Positions 31,313 to 41,449 of a DNA stretch of 64,000 nucleotides are shown in pieces. The stretch comes from Bacteroidales bacterium (lineage in GTDB: Bacteria; Bacteroidota; Bacteroidia; Bacteroidales; WCHB1-69). The number at the start of each line of letters is the position of its first letter. Position 1 is the stretch's first letter. The notes below the pieces were generated by a model. That model was given only the letters and a program-made list of their open reading frames with translations, did not search any database and was not told where the DNA came from. The stretch spans positions 28,064 through 92,063 of the forward strand of contig JAZLLH010000010.1 in the NCBI GenBank assembly GCA_045598025.1, read 5' to 3'. Both the position numbers and the translations under genes were made by a program.

Positions 31313-32521
31313 ATGGAATTCAAACTGAATAAGATAGAAGAAGCCATTCAGGATTTCAAGGAAGGAAAATTTGTCATTGTCGTAGATGATGAAGATAGGG
31401 AAAACGAAGGTGACTTCATCATGGCCGCAGAAAAAATCACTCCAGAACATGTCAATTTCATGCTGAAAAACGGACGAGGTGTTCTTTGTGCCCCCATTAC
31501 GGAAGACCGCTGCAAAGAACTCAATCTTGACATGCAGGTTCACGACAACACATCTCTTTTGGGAACTCCTTTCACCGTTACCGTAGATTTATTGGGAAAC
31601 GGTTGCACAACAGGCGTTTCCATGCATGACCGTGCAATGACCATACGGGCTTTGGCAGATTCTGCTACCCTGGCTTCCGATTTGGGACGTCCCGGACACA
31701 TCAATCCACTACGAGCCCGCAACGGGGGGGTTCTGGTGAGAGCAGGACACACGGAAGCAGCTGTTGATTTGGCTCGTCTGGCAGGTCTCAAACCCTGCGG
31801 GGCTCTGATTGAAATCATCAATGATGACGGAACCATGGCCCGGCTTCCTCAATTGATGGAAGTAGCCAAAAAATTCAATCTGAAGATTGTTTCCATCAAA
31901 GACCTCATTGCCTATAGGATAGCCCACGAGACATTGATTCGAAAGGAAGAAGAAGTCAGTCTGCCCACACAATGGGGAAATTTTCGACTGATTGCATACA
32001 CCCAACTGGACAACGGTGCTACTCACCTGGCTTTGAAAAAAGGAGAATGGACAAACAACGACCCCGTATTGGTACGTGTCCATTCCAGTTGTGCCACCGG
32101 CGATATTTTCGGCAGTTGCAAATGCGATTGCGGAGAGCAGTTGCACCGCGCCATGCAAATGATAGAAAAGGAAGGAAAGGGCTTGATTGTATACATGAGT
32201 CAGGAAGGTCGGGGCATTGGCCTGGTCAATAAACTCAGAGCCTATCATCTGCAGGAGCAGGGTCTGGATACCGTGGACGCCAACCTCAAACTCGGATTCA
32301 AGGCCGATGAACGCGATTACGGCATTGGAGCACAAATACTGCGTGATTTGAATGTCAGTAAAATGCGACTGATTACCAACAATCCTGTCAAACGAAGCGG
32401 ATTGGAAGGATATGGTCTAGAAATCGTCGGCACAGTACCCATCGTCGTAGTTCCCAACGAATACAATAAAAAATACCTGAAAACCAAACAGGAGCGCATG
32501 GGACACAAACTGAACATTTGA
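31313..32521 (+). CDS. ribBA: Bifunctional 3,4-dihydroxy-2-butanone-4-phosphate synthase / GTP cyclohydrolase II
   Basis: The DHBPS half has [12 protein letters not shown]. The GCHII half has the zinc site [21 protein letters not shown]. 402 aa. Confidence 0.95.
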   Translation: MEFKLNKIEEAIQDFKEGKFVIVVDDEDRENEGDFIMAAEKITPEHVNFMLKNGRGVLCAPITEDRCKELNLDMQVHDNTSLLGTPFTVTVDLLGNGCTTGVSMHDRAMTIRALADSATLASDLGRPGHINPLRARNGGVLVRAGHTEAAVDLARLAGLKPCGALIEIINDDGTMARLPQLMEVAKKFNLKIVSIKDLIAYRIAHETLIRKEEEVSLPTQWGNFRLIAYTQLDNGATHLALKKGEWTNNDPVLVRVHSSCATGDIFGSCKCDCGEQLHRAMQMIEKEGKGLIVYMSQEGRGIGLVNKLRAYHLQEQGLDTVDANLKLGFKADERDYGIGAQILRDLNVSKMRLITNNPVKRSGLEGYGLEIVGTVPIVVVPNEYNKKYLKTKQERMGHKLNI

Positions 32522-32535
32522 CCTGCCAACACCAC

Positions 32536-32569
32536 AAAAAAAGGAGCAAATTGATTTGCTCCTTTTTTT
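32536..32569. terminator. Bidirectional rho-independent terminator between the convergent ribBA and lpxD genes
   Basis: A7 run, then GGAGCAAA-ttga-TTTGCTCC, then a T7 run. Confidence 0.8.
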
Positions 32570-32590
32570 ATATCCTTTGATAAGGCTTGT

Positions 32591-33538
32591 TTACTTACTC
32601 TCATCATTCATTTTCTGCATCCAGTCCGGCAACATACGTAAAGCAGCCAACTCTTTCCATTTTTTTCTGGCATCAATAGCCGGAACACCGAATACCACAC
32701 TGCCTTCTTCCGTAGACTTATCTACCGCTGAAGTTGCCAGCACCGTTGTACCCTTCCGTATGACAAGGCTTTTATTGATAGCCACATGCGCCCAAATCAA
32801 GCACTCATCCTCTATTCGGGTGGTACCGGCAATGGAGCAATGACAACCAATCAGACAATGCTTTCCTATAGTCGTATCGTGACCGACCTGTACGTGATTA
32901 TCGAATTTACAACCGTCACCTATGGTGGTCGGTGAAGAAACGCCCTTATCTATCGTACATAAGGCTCCGATTTCCACATCATTGCCTATAACTACACTGC
33001 CACAGGATTCCAATTTATCCCATTTTTCCGGACGATGCTTGAAATAGAAAGCATCGGCCCCGATCACACTGTTCGCTTGGATAATCACATTATCTCCTAT
33101 GGTAGTATGATCGTATATGCTTACATTGGCGTGCACAATGCAGTTTTTACCGATTACGACATCCGGACCGACAAACACTCCCGGCTGTAGGACCGTACCT
33201 TCTCCGATAACGGCCGAAGGATGTACAGCTGCCGCCTGCGGAATAAAGCGACGGTAATGCTTCACCAAAGTGACATAAGGAGTATAGGGATCTTCACACA
33301 CAAGCAACGTTTTCCCATACGTCTCTTCAGGCACTTTATCAATAAAGATGAAACTGGCTTTTCCCTTGAGAACGGCATCGTAATACTTAGGGTGATCAAC
33401 AAAAGTGACATCACCCTCTTCAACAGCGTGAATTTCGTTCACACCTTCCACCATACGATCCACTTTCCCGACGACTTCAATCTTGCCGCCTACGATGGAA
33501 AGCATTTCCTCAACGGAAATCGGCTTCGGTAATTTCAT
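32591..33538 (-). CDS. lpxD: UDP-3-O-acylglucosamine N-acyltransferase
   Basis: The N-terminal LpxD-type domain (VTFVDHPKYYDAVLKGKASFIFI) is followed by a long left-handed beta-helix of hexapeptide repeats. 315 aa. Confidence 0.85.
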   Translation of the reverse strand: MKLPKPISVEEMLSIVGGKIEVVGKVDRMVEGVNEIHAVEEGDVTFVDHPKYYDAVLKGKASFIFIDKVPEETYGKTLLVCEDPYTPYVTLVKHYRRFIPQAAAVHPSAVIGEGTVLQPGVFVGPDVVIGKNCIVHANVSIYDHTTIGDNVIIQANSVIGADAFYFKHRPEKWDKLESCGSVVIGNDVEIGALCTIDKGVSSPTTIGDGCKFDNHVQVGHDTTIGKHCLIGCHCSIAGTTRIEDECLIWAHVAINKSLVIRKGTTVLATSAVDKSTEEGSVVFGVPAIDARKKWKELAALRMLPDWMQKMNDESK

Positions 33539-33545
33539 TGTGCTC

Positions 33546-34112
33546 TTATTTTACGCGTTCGGAATAACGGTTGGTACGAGTGTCAACTTTGATTTTTTCA
33601 CCAGTTTCAATGAAAAGAGGTACCATTACTTCAGCACCCGTTTCCACAGTGGCACGTTTCAGCGTATTGGTTGCTGTATCGCCTTTGATTCCAGGTTCCG
33701 TATAGGTCACTTCCATCTCTACGAAAGGAGGAAGTTCGCAGGTCAACGGAGTATCCGTATCCGCATGATACATGATTTCAACCATCTGTCCCTCCTTCAA
33801 AAGGGCCGGATTATTGATCATATCCTGTTCAATTGCGATTTGCTCATACGTCTCCGCGTGCATGAAGTTGTAAGTAGTTTCTCCTTCCTTGTAAAGGAAC
33901 TGGTAAGGACGGCGTTCCACACGTGCGATATCTATTTTGATACCGGCATCGAAACGGTTCTCAAGCACACGACCGGACTTGATATGTTTCAATTTGGTAC
34001 GCACAAAAGTGTTACCTTTTCCCGGTTTTACATGCTGAAACTCAACAATCGTCCACAATTCGTTGTTGTAAACGATACAAAGACCGTTTTTAAAATCTGC
34101 TGTTGTTGCCAT
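33546..34112 (-). CDS. efp: Elongation factor P
   Basis: [36 protein letters not shown]. 188 aa. Confidence 0.96.
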   Translation of the reverse strand: MATTADFKNGLCIVYNNELWTIVEFQHVKPGKGNTFVRTKLKHIKSGRVLENRFDAGIKIDIARVERRPYQFLYKEGETTYNFMHAETYEQIAIEQDMINNPALLKEGQMVEIMYHADTDTPLTCELPPFVEMEVTYTEPGIKGDTATNTLKRATVETGAEVMVPLFIETGEKIKVDTRTNRYSERVK

Positions 34113-34133
34113 AAATAAGGTTTTTAGGCGGAT

Positions 34134-34487
34134 TTACATTCTCTTTTCTTTGATACGGGCTTTCTTACCGGTCAGCTCGCGCAGGTAGTAAATACGGGCT
34201 CTTCTCACCACACCGTGTTTGTTTACCACAATACTGTCAATGAACGGTGAATGAAGAGGGAAAATTCTTTCCACTCCGATACCGTTGGACATTTTCCGTA
34301 CTGTGAAGGTTTCGGTGACGCCGCTGCCTGAACGTTGCAACACAACTCCCTGATAAGCTTGCAGCCTTTCTTTGTTTCCTTCTACAATTCTGTAATTCAC
34401 CGTCACGGTGTCTCCTGCCTTGAAAACAGGGTAATTCTTCTTTTCAACCAATTGGCTTTCAGCCAATTCCATTAACTCAGATTTCAT
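34134..34487 (-). CDS. rplS: 50S ribosomal protein L19
   Basis: [31 protein letters not shown]...RRARIYYLR. Confidence 0.96.
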   Translation of the reverse strand: MKSELMELAESQLVEKKNYPVFKAGDTVTVNYRIVEGNKERLQAYQGVVLQRSGSGVTETFTVRKMSNGIGVERIFPLHSPFIDSIVVNKHGVVRRARIYYLRELTGKKARIKEKRM

Positions 34488-34525
34488 CGAATACTCTTTT
34501 TACAATATGTTCAAAAAAATGTTTG

Positions 34526-34533
34526 CAAAAGTA
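34526..34533 (-). promoter_or_regulatory. Candidate -7 box (TACTTTTG on the minus strand) for rplS
   Basis: Plus-strand CAAAAGTA, 39 nt upstream of the rplS ATG. Confidence 0.4.
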
Positions 34534-34595
34534 CTAATTAAATGAATACAAAGAAACTTTCTCTGGATTTTTTTTGGATATTTGTGTCTCATTTG

Positions 34596-36821
34596 CTATA
34601 ACTTAATTATTTTCAATGTTATAACATCCTTATTGAGCACAATAATCCGGACAAAATACATCCCTTTAGGCAGGTCTCCTGCATGAATTCCGGTCTGCAA
34701 TTCTTCCACCCTGCCGGAGCGGACACAACATCCTTGCACGTCGTACATTTCCCATACTCCTCCCCTTACGAGCTCTTCTGTTTCCACTTGAATAGAAAAT
34801 GTTTCTCTAAAAGGATTGGGAATTACTTTCACAACAGACTCACCGGCCGTTGCTTCATCCACCGAGACCACGCTGCGCAACCAAAGAGAGCGTTCCCCGG
34901 TTTCGCCACACACATGGGTTGCTTTAGCAAACAGATGTCCCTGACCGGCCTGCAGCACCTCCACTTCCACCTGAAAACCGGAAGGATTCAGTATCCACTC
35001 GCTCTGATCCGTTCGCCAGCAGCAACTGGACAAACCGGGAAGAGAATCCGTCTCGAAATGGAAACTTCCGGCTGTAAGAAGAAGGGTATCCCCCCGTATC
35101 GCGCCCAAAGTGTCCGGGAGATGGAGCAAGTGCAAATGCAAGACAGACAGGCTGTCGCATCCGTATACGGACACCAGGCTGTCACAACAGACAAGGGAAT
35201 CCGCATCCAAGGTGGCATCCGGAGCAATATCAAAACCATACTGACAGTAAGCGGTTCCCGCACACACGGTGTCGTACACGGAAACCATCAACGTCTTATG
35301 GGAGGTCAGTTTCAGAACGAGAAGACTGTCGCAACCCGCACGGGTATGCCGCAGAACGCTGTATTCTCCGGCAGAATCCAAGACCAACCCCTCCCACATA
35401 TAGGGGAATCCGGACTCACATAATTGCAGGCTGTCGTAGCGGACGTATTCCGGATATACCTGCAAATGGAGATGACAGATACTATCACATCCCCACTGGG
35501 TTTGCAGACTGTCCGCATAATCGCCCGAAGAACGGAAAATCCGATCATGCCAGACATACGGCTGGCTTGCACACACATAGGCCGTATCCCGGTGAGAGAA
35601 TACCGGATGCACAAAAAGGCGGAAGGCAGACACCGCGCAACTGTCCGTATACCTCACCGTATCCACACATAACGTATCCGAAAACAGCACCCGCGAATGC
35701 CAGCGATAAGGCAGTTCATTACCGCATATTCCGACGCTGTCCGAATGGTAGTAGACAGGCAGCACTTTTAATGACAGACACACTATGCTGTCGCAACCGG
35801 AGGCAGCAGACAAAGTGTCCCTATATATCCCGGAGGCAAACAAACTGCGATGATGCCAGCGGTAAGGAAGTTCATAGGCATAGATACGGACGCTGTCCTC
35901 CCAATGCGTTTTGGGAAATGCCAGCGTCAATTGCAACTGCAGTATGCTGTCACAGCCGTTGGTACGGGCCAAAGTATCCGCATACAGTCCGCTGCCCGTC
36001 AGGTGATATCCTCTCCACAGATAGGACGCCTGCCCGCACAGCGCGACCGTGTCCGTCTGAACATAGGGTAACGGATGTATGTTCAGATGCAGATGCACCA
36101 CACTGTCCATACCGTCCGAAGCGACATACCAACGTTCATAGTTTCCGGAAGTTTCATACAACGAATCCTCCCAGAAATAAGAGCAAACACTGTCTACATA
36201 AAAATGGGTATGATACTCCGTATCAGCAGGCACCACGTAGGTAATGGTGTCACTGACCCACAACGAGCCCTTGGCCCCGTTGGTCGCATAATAATCCTGA
36301 GCCATATTGCAATAGTATGTTCCCACGCCCACAGCCGTTGTATTGGTCTGCCGGTAAATCTGCAGCACAACGTCATACCTTCCGCAACGTCCGAAGTGCA
36401 TCCTCAGTTTGACCGGACGGTTTCGGTTGCATTCCGAAGAGGCATTGACAATACTCAGGGAAAAACTGCTACAGGTAATTCCGAACAGGGATACATCCTG
36501 AGGCAGATTGAGGCTACCGCTAAGGAAAGGATACGCCACCGTATCGTTTCCCATAGAGCGCATGGTCATATCAGCCCATCCATAGTCCGACACAGTGTCC
36601 ATACGCACACCATTGCGGTATATATGATATTCTATGGACACCATTGAGGTATAGTATGAACCGGCATATATGCTGTCTACTATTACAGCTGTATCCAGAA
36701 CCGAAGTCTGTCCCTTGTACCGAATATGCTGGCTGGGGGGCACATTTTGGGAAAAAACAGCCAAGCGGGGCAAGGTCAATACGACCATAACGAACAGAAA
36801 TAACCTTTTCTCAATTCTCAT
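34596..36821 (-). CDS. Secreted repeat protein with a T9SS C-terminal sorting domain
   Basis: Signal peptide MRIEKRLFLFVMVVLTLPRLAVFSQ and seven Cys-containing modules of about 48 aa. The C-terminus VIPNPFRETFSIQVE...LPKGMYFVRIIVLNKDVITLKIIKL is typical of type-A T9SS CTDs. Its ATG overlaps the stop of the upstream gene (ATGA). Confidence 0.8.
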   Translation of the reverse strand: MRIEKRLFLFVMVVLTLPRLAVFSQNVPPSQHIRYKGQTSVLDTAVIVDSIYAGSYYTSMVSIEYHIYRNGVRMDTVSDYGWADMTMRSMGNDTVAYPFLSGSLNLPQDVSLFGITCSSFSLSIVNASSECNRNRPVKLRMHFGRCGRYDVVLQIYRQTNTTAVGVGTYYCNMAQDYYATNGAKGSLWVSDTITYVVPADTEYHTHFYVDSVCSYFWEDSLYETSGNYERWYVASDGMDSVVHLHLNIHPLPYVQTDTVALCGQASYLWRGYHLTGSGLYADTLARTNGCDSILQLQLTLAFPKTHWEDSVRIYAYELPYRWHHRSLFASGIYRDTLSAASGCDSIVCLSLKVLPVYYHSDSVGICGNELPYRWHSRVLFSDTLCVDTVRYTDSCAVSAFRLFVHPVFSHRDTAYVCASQPYVWHDRIFRSSGDYADSLQTQWGCDSICHLHLQVYPEYVRYDSLQLCESGFPYMWEGLVLDSAGEYSVLRHTRAGCDSLLVLKLTSHKTLMVSVYDTVCAGTAYCQYGFDIAPDATLDADSLVCCDSLVSVYGCDSLSVLHLHLLHLPDTLGAIRGDTLLLTAGSFHFETDSLPGLSSCCWRTDQSEWILNPSGFQVEVEVLQAGQGHLFAKATHVCGETGERSLWLRSVVSVDEATAGESVVKVIPNPFRETFSIQVETEELVRGGVWEMYDVQGCCVRSGRVEELQTGIHAGDLPKGMYFVRIIVLNKDVITLKIIKL
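35115..36197 (-). repeat. Seven tandem protein-level repeats of about 48 aa inside the T9SS cargo gene
   Basis: The pattern D[ST]V..C....PY.W......SG.Y.D.L....GCDS....L.L.V.P recurs at aa 209, 257, 309, 361, 412, 463 and 517. The copies have diverged at the DNA level. Confidence 0.75.
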
Positions 36822-39800
36822 AGTTCATCTACATATTTCAAATTTTTCGGCACAGAAATACAGTTTCTTGCGATTTCCAGGTTATCGGAATCCGGATCGG
36901 TGGCAATGATATGCAGGCGTTTCTTTACCAAAGCCGCCAACAGAGCAAATTCACCCAGACCGCAGTTCCGTATGCAATAGGTACCCTCTTCCGGCAAAGC
37001 AGCGACCGCATCCGCGTATCCTCTGTTCTTTTTCATTTCTCTGCGGACTCTGCGCTCAACAGATGCTCCTTTATATATATAATTGTGCAACACCAGATCT
37101 TCATAATATTCCGCTGTTTCTACCGATGTAGACAAACGGGCATATTCCTCTTCGTAAAAGGACTTCATCCGATGAGTGAATTCGCGCAGAGTCAAGTCCT
37201 TGCAACAGGAATCATCCATACTGATACGGTTCAGAATCCGGATATCTGCCCGTCCTTTCCTCAACATAAATTCGGTTTTGGGAAGAATATCACCCATGCC
37301 GTGAATGACAATTGGCAGCACATCTACTCCGAACTTACGGGCTATATGGAACGCACCCTGATGGAAGCGAAGGATTTTTCCCTCCGGAGAGCGGGTTCCT
37401 TCCGGGAAGACCAGTACGGAATACCCTTCCGAAAGGAGTTGTCCGATTGCCTCCTCCTGTTCCTCTAAACGATCGGTAACCGGCAGACAGCGTGCGTAAC
37501 GCACAATCTGTCCATAAAACGGACAATTCCATACCCAGCGGTTGGTCAGACACACTATCCGGGGATGCATGGCTAACAGATACAACAAATCCAAATGGGA
37601 CTGATGATTGCATATGATGACAGAGGGTTTATCAAATGTTTCACCGGACACATTTTCATAACGTGACTTTACTCCGGGGAGCAGACGGACCAACAGACGG
37701 AACAATCCGCAAAGCGCTTTATGATAGCACTGCTCGTGCTTTTTCGTACGGCCGCCGACAGTCAGCAGGAAAAAGCCGAGAAGGGTCATATAGAGAGTCC
37801 CCGACAGAAATCCCACAAAGGAAATTGCGGTTTTGCCCAGATTCAAAAGGGTAACAGGCATACGTCTGTCCTTCCCTTTCTTTTTGGTCAGCCAGGTATA
37901 AATCAAAGGAGGAAAGAAATAGGCCATCAGGACTACAGAAAACATGCCCACAATAGTCACTTCTGCAAGGGAATGCATGGCCGGATGCCGGGCCAGAATC
38001 AGGGCACCGATGCCGATAAACATGATGGAAGCGGATAAAAGTACCGAATTTTTGTAGGAAGCCAGCATTTTTTTCCGGTAGGTATATTCGTACATCATCC
38101 CCTCTGTCACAAAAATGGTATAATCGTCTCCCATTCCGAATATAAAGGTAGCCAAAATAATATTCACAATATTGAACCGGATATCGAACAGATACATCAG
38201 ACCGAGTATCCACACCCATGCCACCGTGAGAGGGGCAAATGCCAAGAGGCTCAATTCAATCCGTCCGAACGAAACCAACAGAAATACGAATACTATCAGC
38301 CCGCACACATAAAGCACATAATTGAAATCACCGGATAGTGCGTCCACCATTTTGGACATCAGGGAGCGATTGTCAAAAGCGAAGACAGACGATTCCCTAT
38401 GATTCAGGGCAAAATCCACGGAATCCTTGAACTTTCCGTCTGTTTCCAACAGAGTGTACACCCGGCCCATACCTTCATCCTCCGAAAGATAATTGTCAGC
38501 AAAAGATGCCGTCAGAGGTTCAAAATAATCGATAGCATGGGGAGTGTATCTGCATTGCAGCATATTTTCGAAAGCCTGAAACGCCCCCGGCTGAAAACCG
38601 GCACTTTCAGTTGCTTTCCGAAAGGCATTCAGAAAGGGTTCCCGCTTGTCTTTCCAGAAATTTTCCCACTCTTCTATTTTCTCTGACTGCAGTTCTTTGG
38701 ATGGAATAAAAGATGATATTCCGTTGATTTTCAATATTGCTCCTTCTTTTTGCAGACTGTCCAGCAAGGGACGTACGGATTCATAGTGTTGTAAAGCCTC
38801 TTCCATGGAAGCACCCTCTGACACACAATACATCTGAGGATTTCCGCTTTCAGTGAGCCGAATCAGTTTTTCCATCTGCATCTTGTGTTCCGGCGTCATG
38901 TAATTAATGTGATTCATGTCGGAATCAAAACGGACTTCCCTGCTGAAAAAAAACAGTGGAACTGTCAGCAGCAGCACCAAAAGCACAATGAAGGGATATT
39001 TTTCCAGACGGAATTCGGCCACCTTCCCAAAACGGAACTCCGGCAAACGCTGCTGTTTACGGAACAGCGAGTGCGGAAACAGATGCGGCAGAAAAAACAG
39101 CACGAACAATATGGAGCCCACCAATAACATGGAAGCAAACAATCCCAAATCCTTCATGGCATCAGAACTGATGAAAATCAGACTGAGAAAGGCTCCGACT
39201 GTTGTGATGTTTCCGGTCACCAAAGGAGAGATGATATCCTTGATGGTCTGTTCTTTGGAATACCCCTGCTGATAATGAGCCAGGAAATGCAGCGGATAAT
39301 TGACAGCTATACCGATGATGATAGAGCCTACACCTATGGCGATGAGAGAAACGGACTGCTTGAAAATGGCCAGGAAGGCCAAGCCGAACAACAGCCCGAA
39401 TGCAATGGAAAACAAAATGATGAATAATGCCCGCACATCCTTGAAAAACCAGGAAAGCAAGGCCAGAATGAGCAACAAAGCTACCAAGACCGAAATCAGG
39501 GTATCTTTCTTGATACGCTCCGCATTTCCTACAGAAATGACAGCAGCTCCTATAGATTTGATTTCCACATCCTTACCATACTGTTCCTGTACATCCTTCA
39601 CGGAGGCATCGATATTCCGTATCAACTGCTTGTTCCTGAAGGTTTCGCTGACCGGAAAACGAGAGGATACGGCCAGAATGGCTTCCTTTCCCTCCTTATC
39701 GAACACATAGCCGTCAATGGTCTGAAAAGCATCACTTTGGCGGATATCCGCCAAAGAAGACAGCACGCCCGATGAAAAATGCAAAGGATCCATGGCAATG

Positions 39801-40321
39801 ACATTCTTCATCCACGATCCCATGGGAGAAAGCAGCCACTTCTTGTCGGATTCCAAAGCCGACCGTATGCTGTCCGCAGACATCCGACGTGCAATCATTG
39901 CATAATCTGCCGAATCCAAATAATACGGCATATTTTCCACCAAAAAGCGGGTCATACCGAGGATCCGGGTCTGATCCACCATATAGAACACGCTTTCCAT
40001 CAAATCATCACTGTCGTTTGCTTCCAGTTTTTCCGCTAAAACGTCACACACCTCCATCACCAATTCCCGGGCAGCATCTGCATCGGAAGTATCGGTTGGC
40101 TGCACACTGATCATGATTTTGTTGGCTGCTCCTATATGCTGATAAGCCTCATTCATCCGGCGGTTTTCCCTGGTATTGGGGAAGAAACTCCCGACATCTT
40201 CCACGAAGTGCAGGCGCAGAAGGCAGGCACAGAACAGAAGACAGACTGCCGACAGACAGATGCGGCACAGCCAGGGATGACGCTCAAAATAACGGTAGAC
40301 TCGCAGTAAAAACAATTCCAT
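36818..40321 (-). CDS. Tri-partite fusion: MMPL/RND-type exporter + PlsC-type acyltransferase + short methyltransferase-like tail
   Basis: 1167 aa. The first ~800 aa have two clusters of TM helices separated by large soluble loops, which is an MMPL-like architecture. Next come extra TM helices, then an acyltransferase with HX4D (CNHQSHLD) and FPEGTRS motifs. The C-terminal ~70 aa carry a SAM-MTase motif-I-like segment, IRNCGLGEFALLAA...IIATDPD, and the protein stops there. Confidence 0.8.
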   Translation of the reverse strand: MELFLLRVYRYFERHPWLCRICLSAVCLLFCACLLRLHFVEDVGSFFPNTRENRRMNEAYQHIGAANKIMISVQPTDTSDADAARELVMEVCDVLAEKLEANDSDDLMESVFYMVDQTRILGMTRFLVENMPYYLDSADYAMIARRMSADSIRSALESDKKWLLSPMGSWMKNVIAMDPLHFSSGVLSSLADIRQSDAFQTIDGYVFDKEGKEAILAVSSRFPVSETFRNKQLIRNIDASVKDVQEQYGKDVEIKSIGAAVISVGNAERIKKDTLISVLVALLLILALLSWFFKDVRALFIILFSIAFGLLFGLAFLAIFKQSVSLIAIGVGSIIIGIAVNYPLHFLAHYQQGYSKEQTIKDIISPLVTGNITTVGAFLSLIFISSDAMKDLGLFASMLLVGSILFVLFFLPHLFPHSLFRKQQRLPEFRFGKVAEFRLEKYPFIVLLVLLLTVPLFFFSREVRFDSDMNHINYMTPEHKMQMEKLIRLTESGNPQMYCVSEGASMEEALQHYESVRPLLDSLQKEGAILKINGISSFIPSKELQSEKIEEWENFWKDKREPFLNAFRKATESAGFQPGAFQAFENMLQCRYTPHAIDYFEPLTASFADNYLSEDEGMGRVYTLLETDGKFKDSVDFALNHRESSVFAFDNRSLMSKMVDALSGDFNYVLYVCGLIVFVFLLVSFGRIELSLLAFAPLTVAWVWILGLMYLFDIRFNIVNIILATFIFGMGDDYTIFVTEGMMYEYTYRKKMLASYKNSVLLSASIMFIGIGALILARHPAMHSLAEVTIVGMFSVVLMAYFFPPLIYTWLTKKKGKDRRMPVTLLNLGKTAISFVGFLSGTLYMTLLGFFLLTVGGRTKKHEQCYHKALCGLFRLLVRLLPGVKSRYENVSGETFDKPSVIICNHQSHLDLLYLLAMHPRIVCLTNRWVWNCPFYGQIVRYARCLPVTDRLEEQEEAIGQLLSEGYSVLVFPEGTRSPEGKILRFHQGAFHIARKFGVDVLPIVIHGMGDILPKTEFMLRKGRADIRILNRISMDDSCCKDLTLREFTHRMKSFYEEEYARLSTSVETAEYYEDLVLHNYIYKGASVERRVRREMKKNRGYADAVAALPEEGTYCIRNCGLGEFALLAALVKKRLHIIATDPDSDNLEIARNCISVPKNLKYVDEL

Positions 40322-40327
40322 GATAAT

Positions 40328-41074
40328 TTACTCTTTGTGACGGTTTTTCCATTGAATCAGTGCCATCTTCGGATATCCGTACACCAGGGCTGCTATGCAG
40401 AAAAAAGCATTCAACAGACTGATTCTCATAAAATCAGCCGTAGGACGGAAATGGCTCACTCTCTCTTCTTTGGGAGGATAATACACCTGTATCGGTTGGG
40501 AAAGCAAGGGAATTCCTTTCCATGCAGACCGCACCAGCAGTTCCAGTTCCGCTTCGTACCTGTGACACAAGGGAGACACCCCATGCATAGCCTGCAGCGG
40601 ATACAGCCGGTATCCGCTCTGGGTGTCCGGCAGATGTTGCCAAGTCTGCAAACAAAACCAGAAATTGGAAAAACGGTTGGCAAATGTATTTTTGGCCGGC
40701 ATATTGGGATTTGCCATACACCGGCTACCGACAACCAATGCCTTCGGATGACGATTATGGACCTCCTCCAGCAAAGGCAGGTCTTCTGCCAGATGCTGAC
40801 CATCCGAATCCATGGTAATGACAGCCTCATATCCATTCCGGAGCGCTTCGCGGAAGCCTTGTTTCAGGGCATAGCCCTTGCCCCTGTTCTTTTTGTAGGA
40901 AACCACCTTAATACCATCGGGAAGTTGCCGGAGTATCTGCTTGGTAGAATCGACAGAGCCATCATCCACCACCAGTATGTGGGGAGTATAAAGCAACACG
41001 GAGCGAACCGTTTTCTCCAGCGTCCGCTCGTTGTTATAGGTAGGTATCAGCACACAAATCCGAGGGGACAACAT
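40328..41074 (-). CDS. Family 2 glycosyltransferase (ApeJ-like)
   Basis: ICVLIPTYNNERTLEKTVRSV...VVDDGSVDST...TMDSDGQH and a C-terminal hydrophobic helix. The ATG at 41074 avoids a 26 nt overlap with the upstream gene. The ORF-track start is 41101. Confidence 0.85.
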   Translation of the reverse strand: MLSPRICVLIPTYNNERTLEKTVRSVLLYTPHILVVDDGSVDSTKQILRQLPDGIKVVSYKKNRGKGYALKQGFREALRNGYEAVITMDSDGQHLAEDLPLLEEVHNRHPKALVVGSRCMANPNMPAKNTFANRFSNFWFCLQTWQHLPDTQSGYRLYPLQAMHGVSPLCHRYEAELELLVRSAWKGIPLLSQPIQVYYPPKEERVSHFRPTADFMRISLLNAFFCIAALVYGYPKMALIQWKNRHKE

Positions 41075-41075
41075 A

Positions 41076-41447
41076 TCACAATTTTTGTACAATTTGCGCA
41101 AAGAGCGTGCATTTTGCCGCAGGAGAACCGGCTGTCGATACGGCGGCCTTCAAACGGAAGAGACCTTTGTCCGAAGTGTTCCACTCAATGGAGAAAACCG
41201 CCTTGTCCATAGGCGTCAGACTGTGCACGAATTTCATGTTTGGGACTTCTGTTATACGCAAAACACAGCCCATTTCCTGTTCGGCCAGTTCTTTGACCAT
41301 TTCCAGAAGACAGGCTCCCGGAACGATGGGACGATGCGGAAAATGAGCAGCGAAAACAGGATGTTCCGAACGAAAGGACACCTCTGCCTCCAAACCCGTT
41401 TCACGGACGCTCCACCGCAACACCTCGTAAAAATCCTCCCTTAACAT
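41076..41447 (-). CDS. Hotdog-fold 3-hydroxyacyl-ACP dehydratase (APE-type)
   Basis: 123 aa with AAHFPHRPIVPGACLLEMVKE, a FabZ/FabA-like catalytic His motif. Confidence 0.8.
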   Translation of the reverse strand: MLREDFYEVLRWSVRETGLEAEVSFRSEHPVFAAHFPHRPIVPGACLLEMVKELAEQEMGCVLRITEVPNMKFVHSLTPMDKAVFSIEWNTSDKGLFRLKAAVSTAGSPAAKCTLFAQIVQKL

Positions 41448-41449
41448 GC

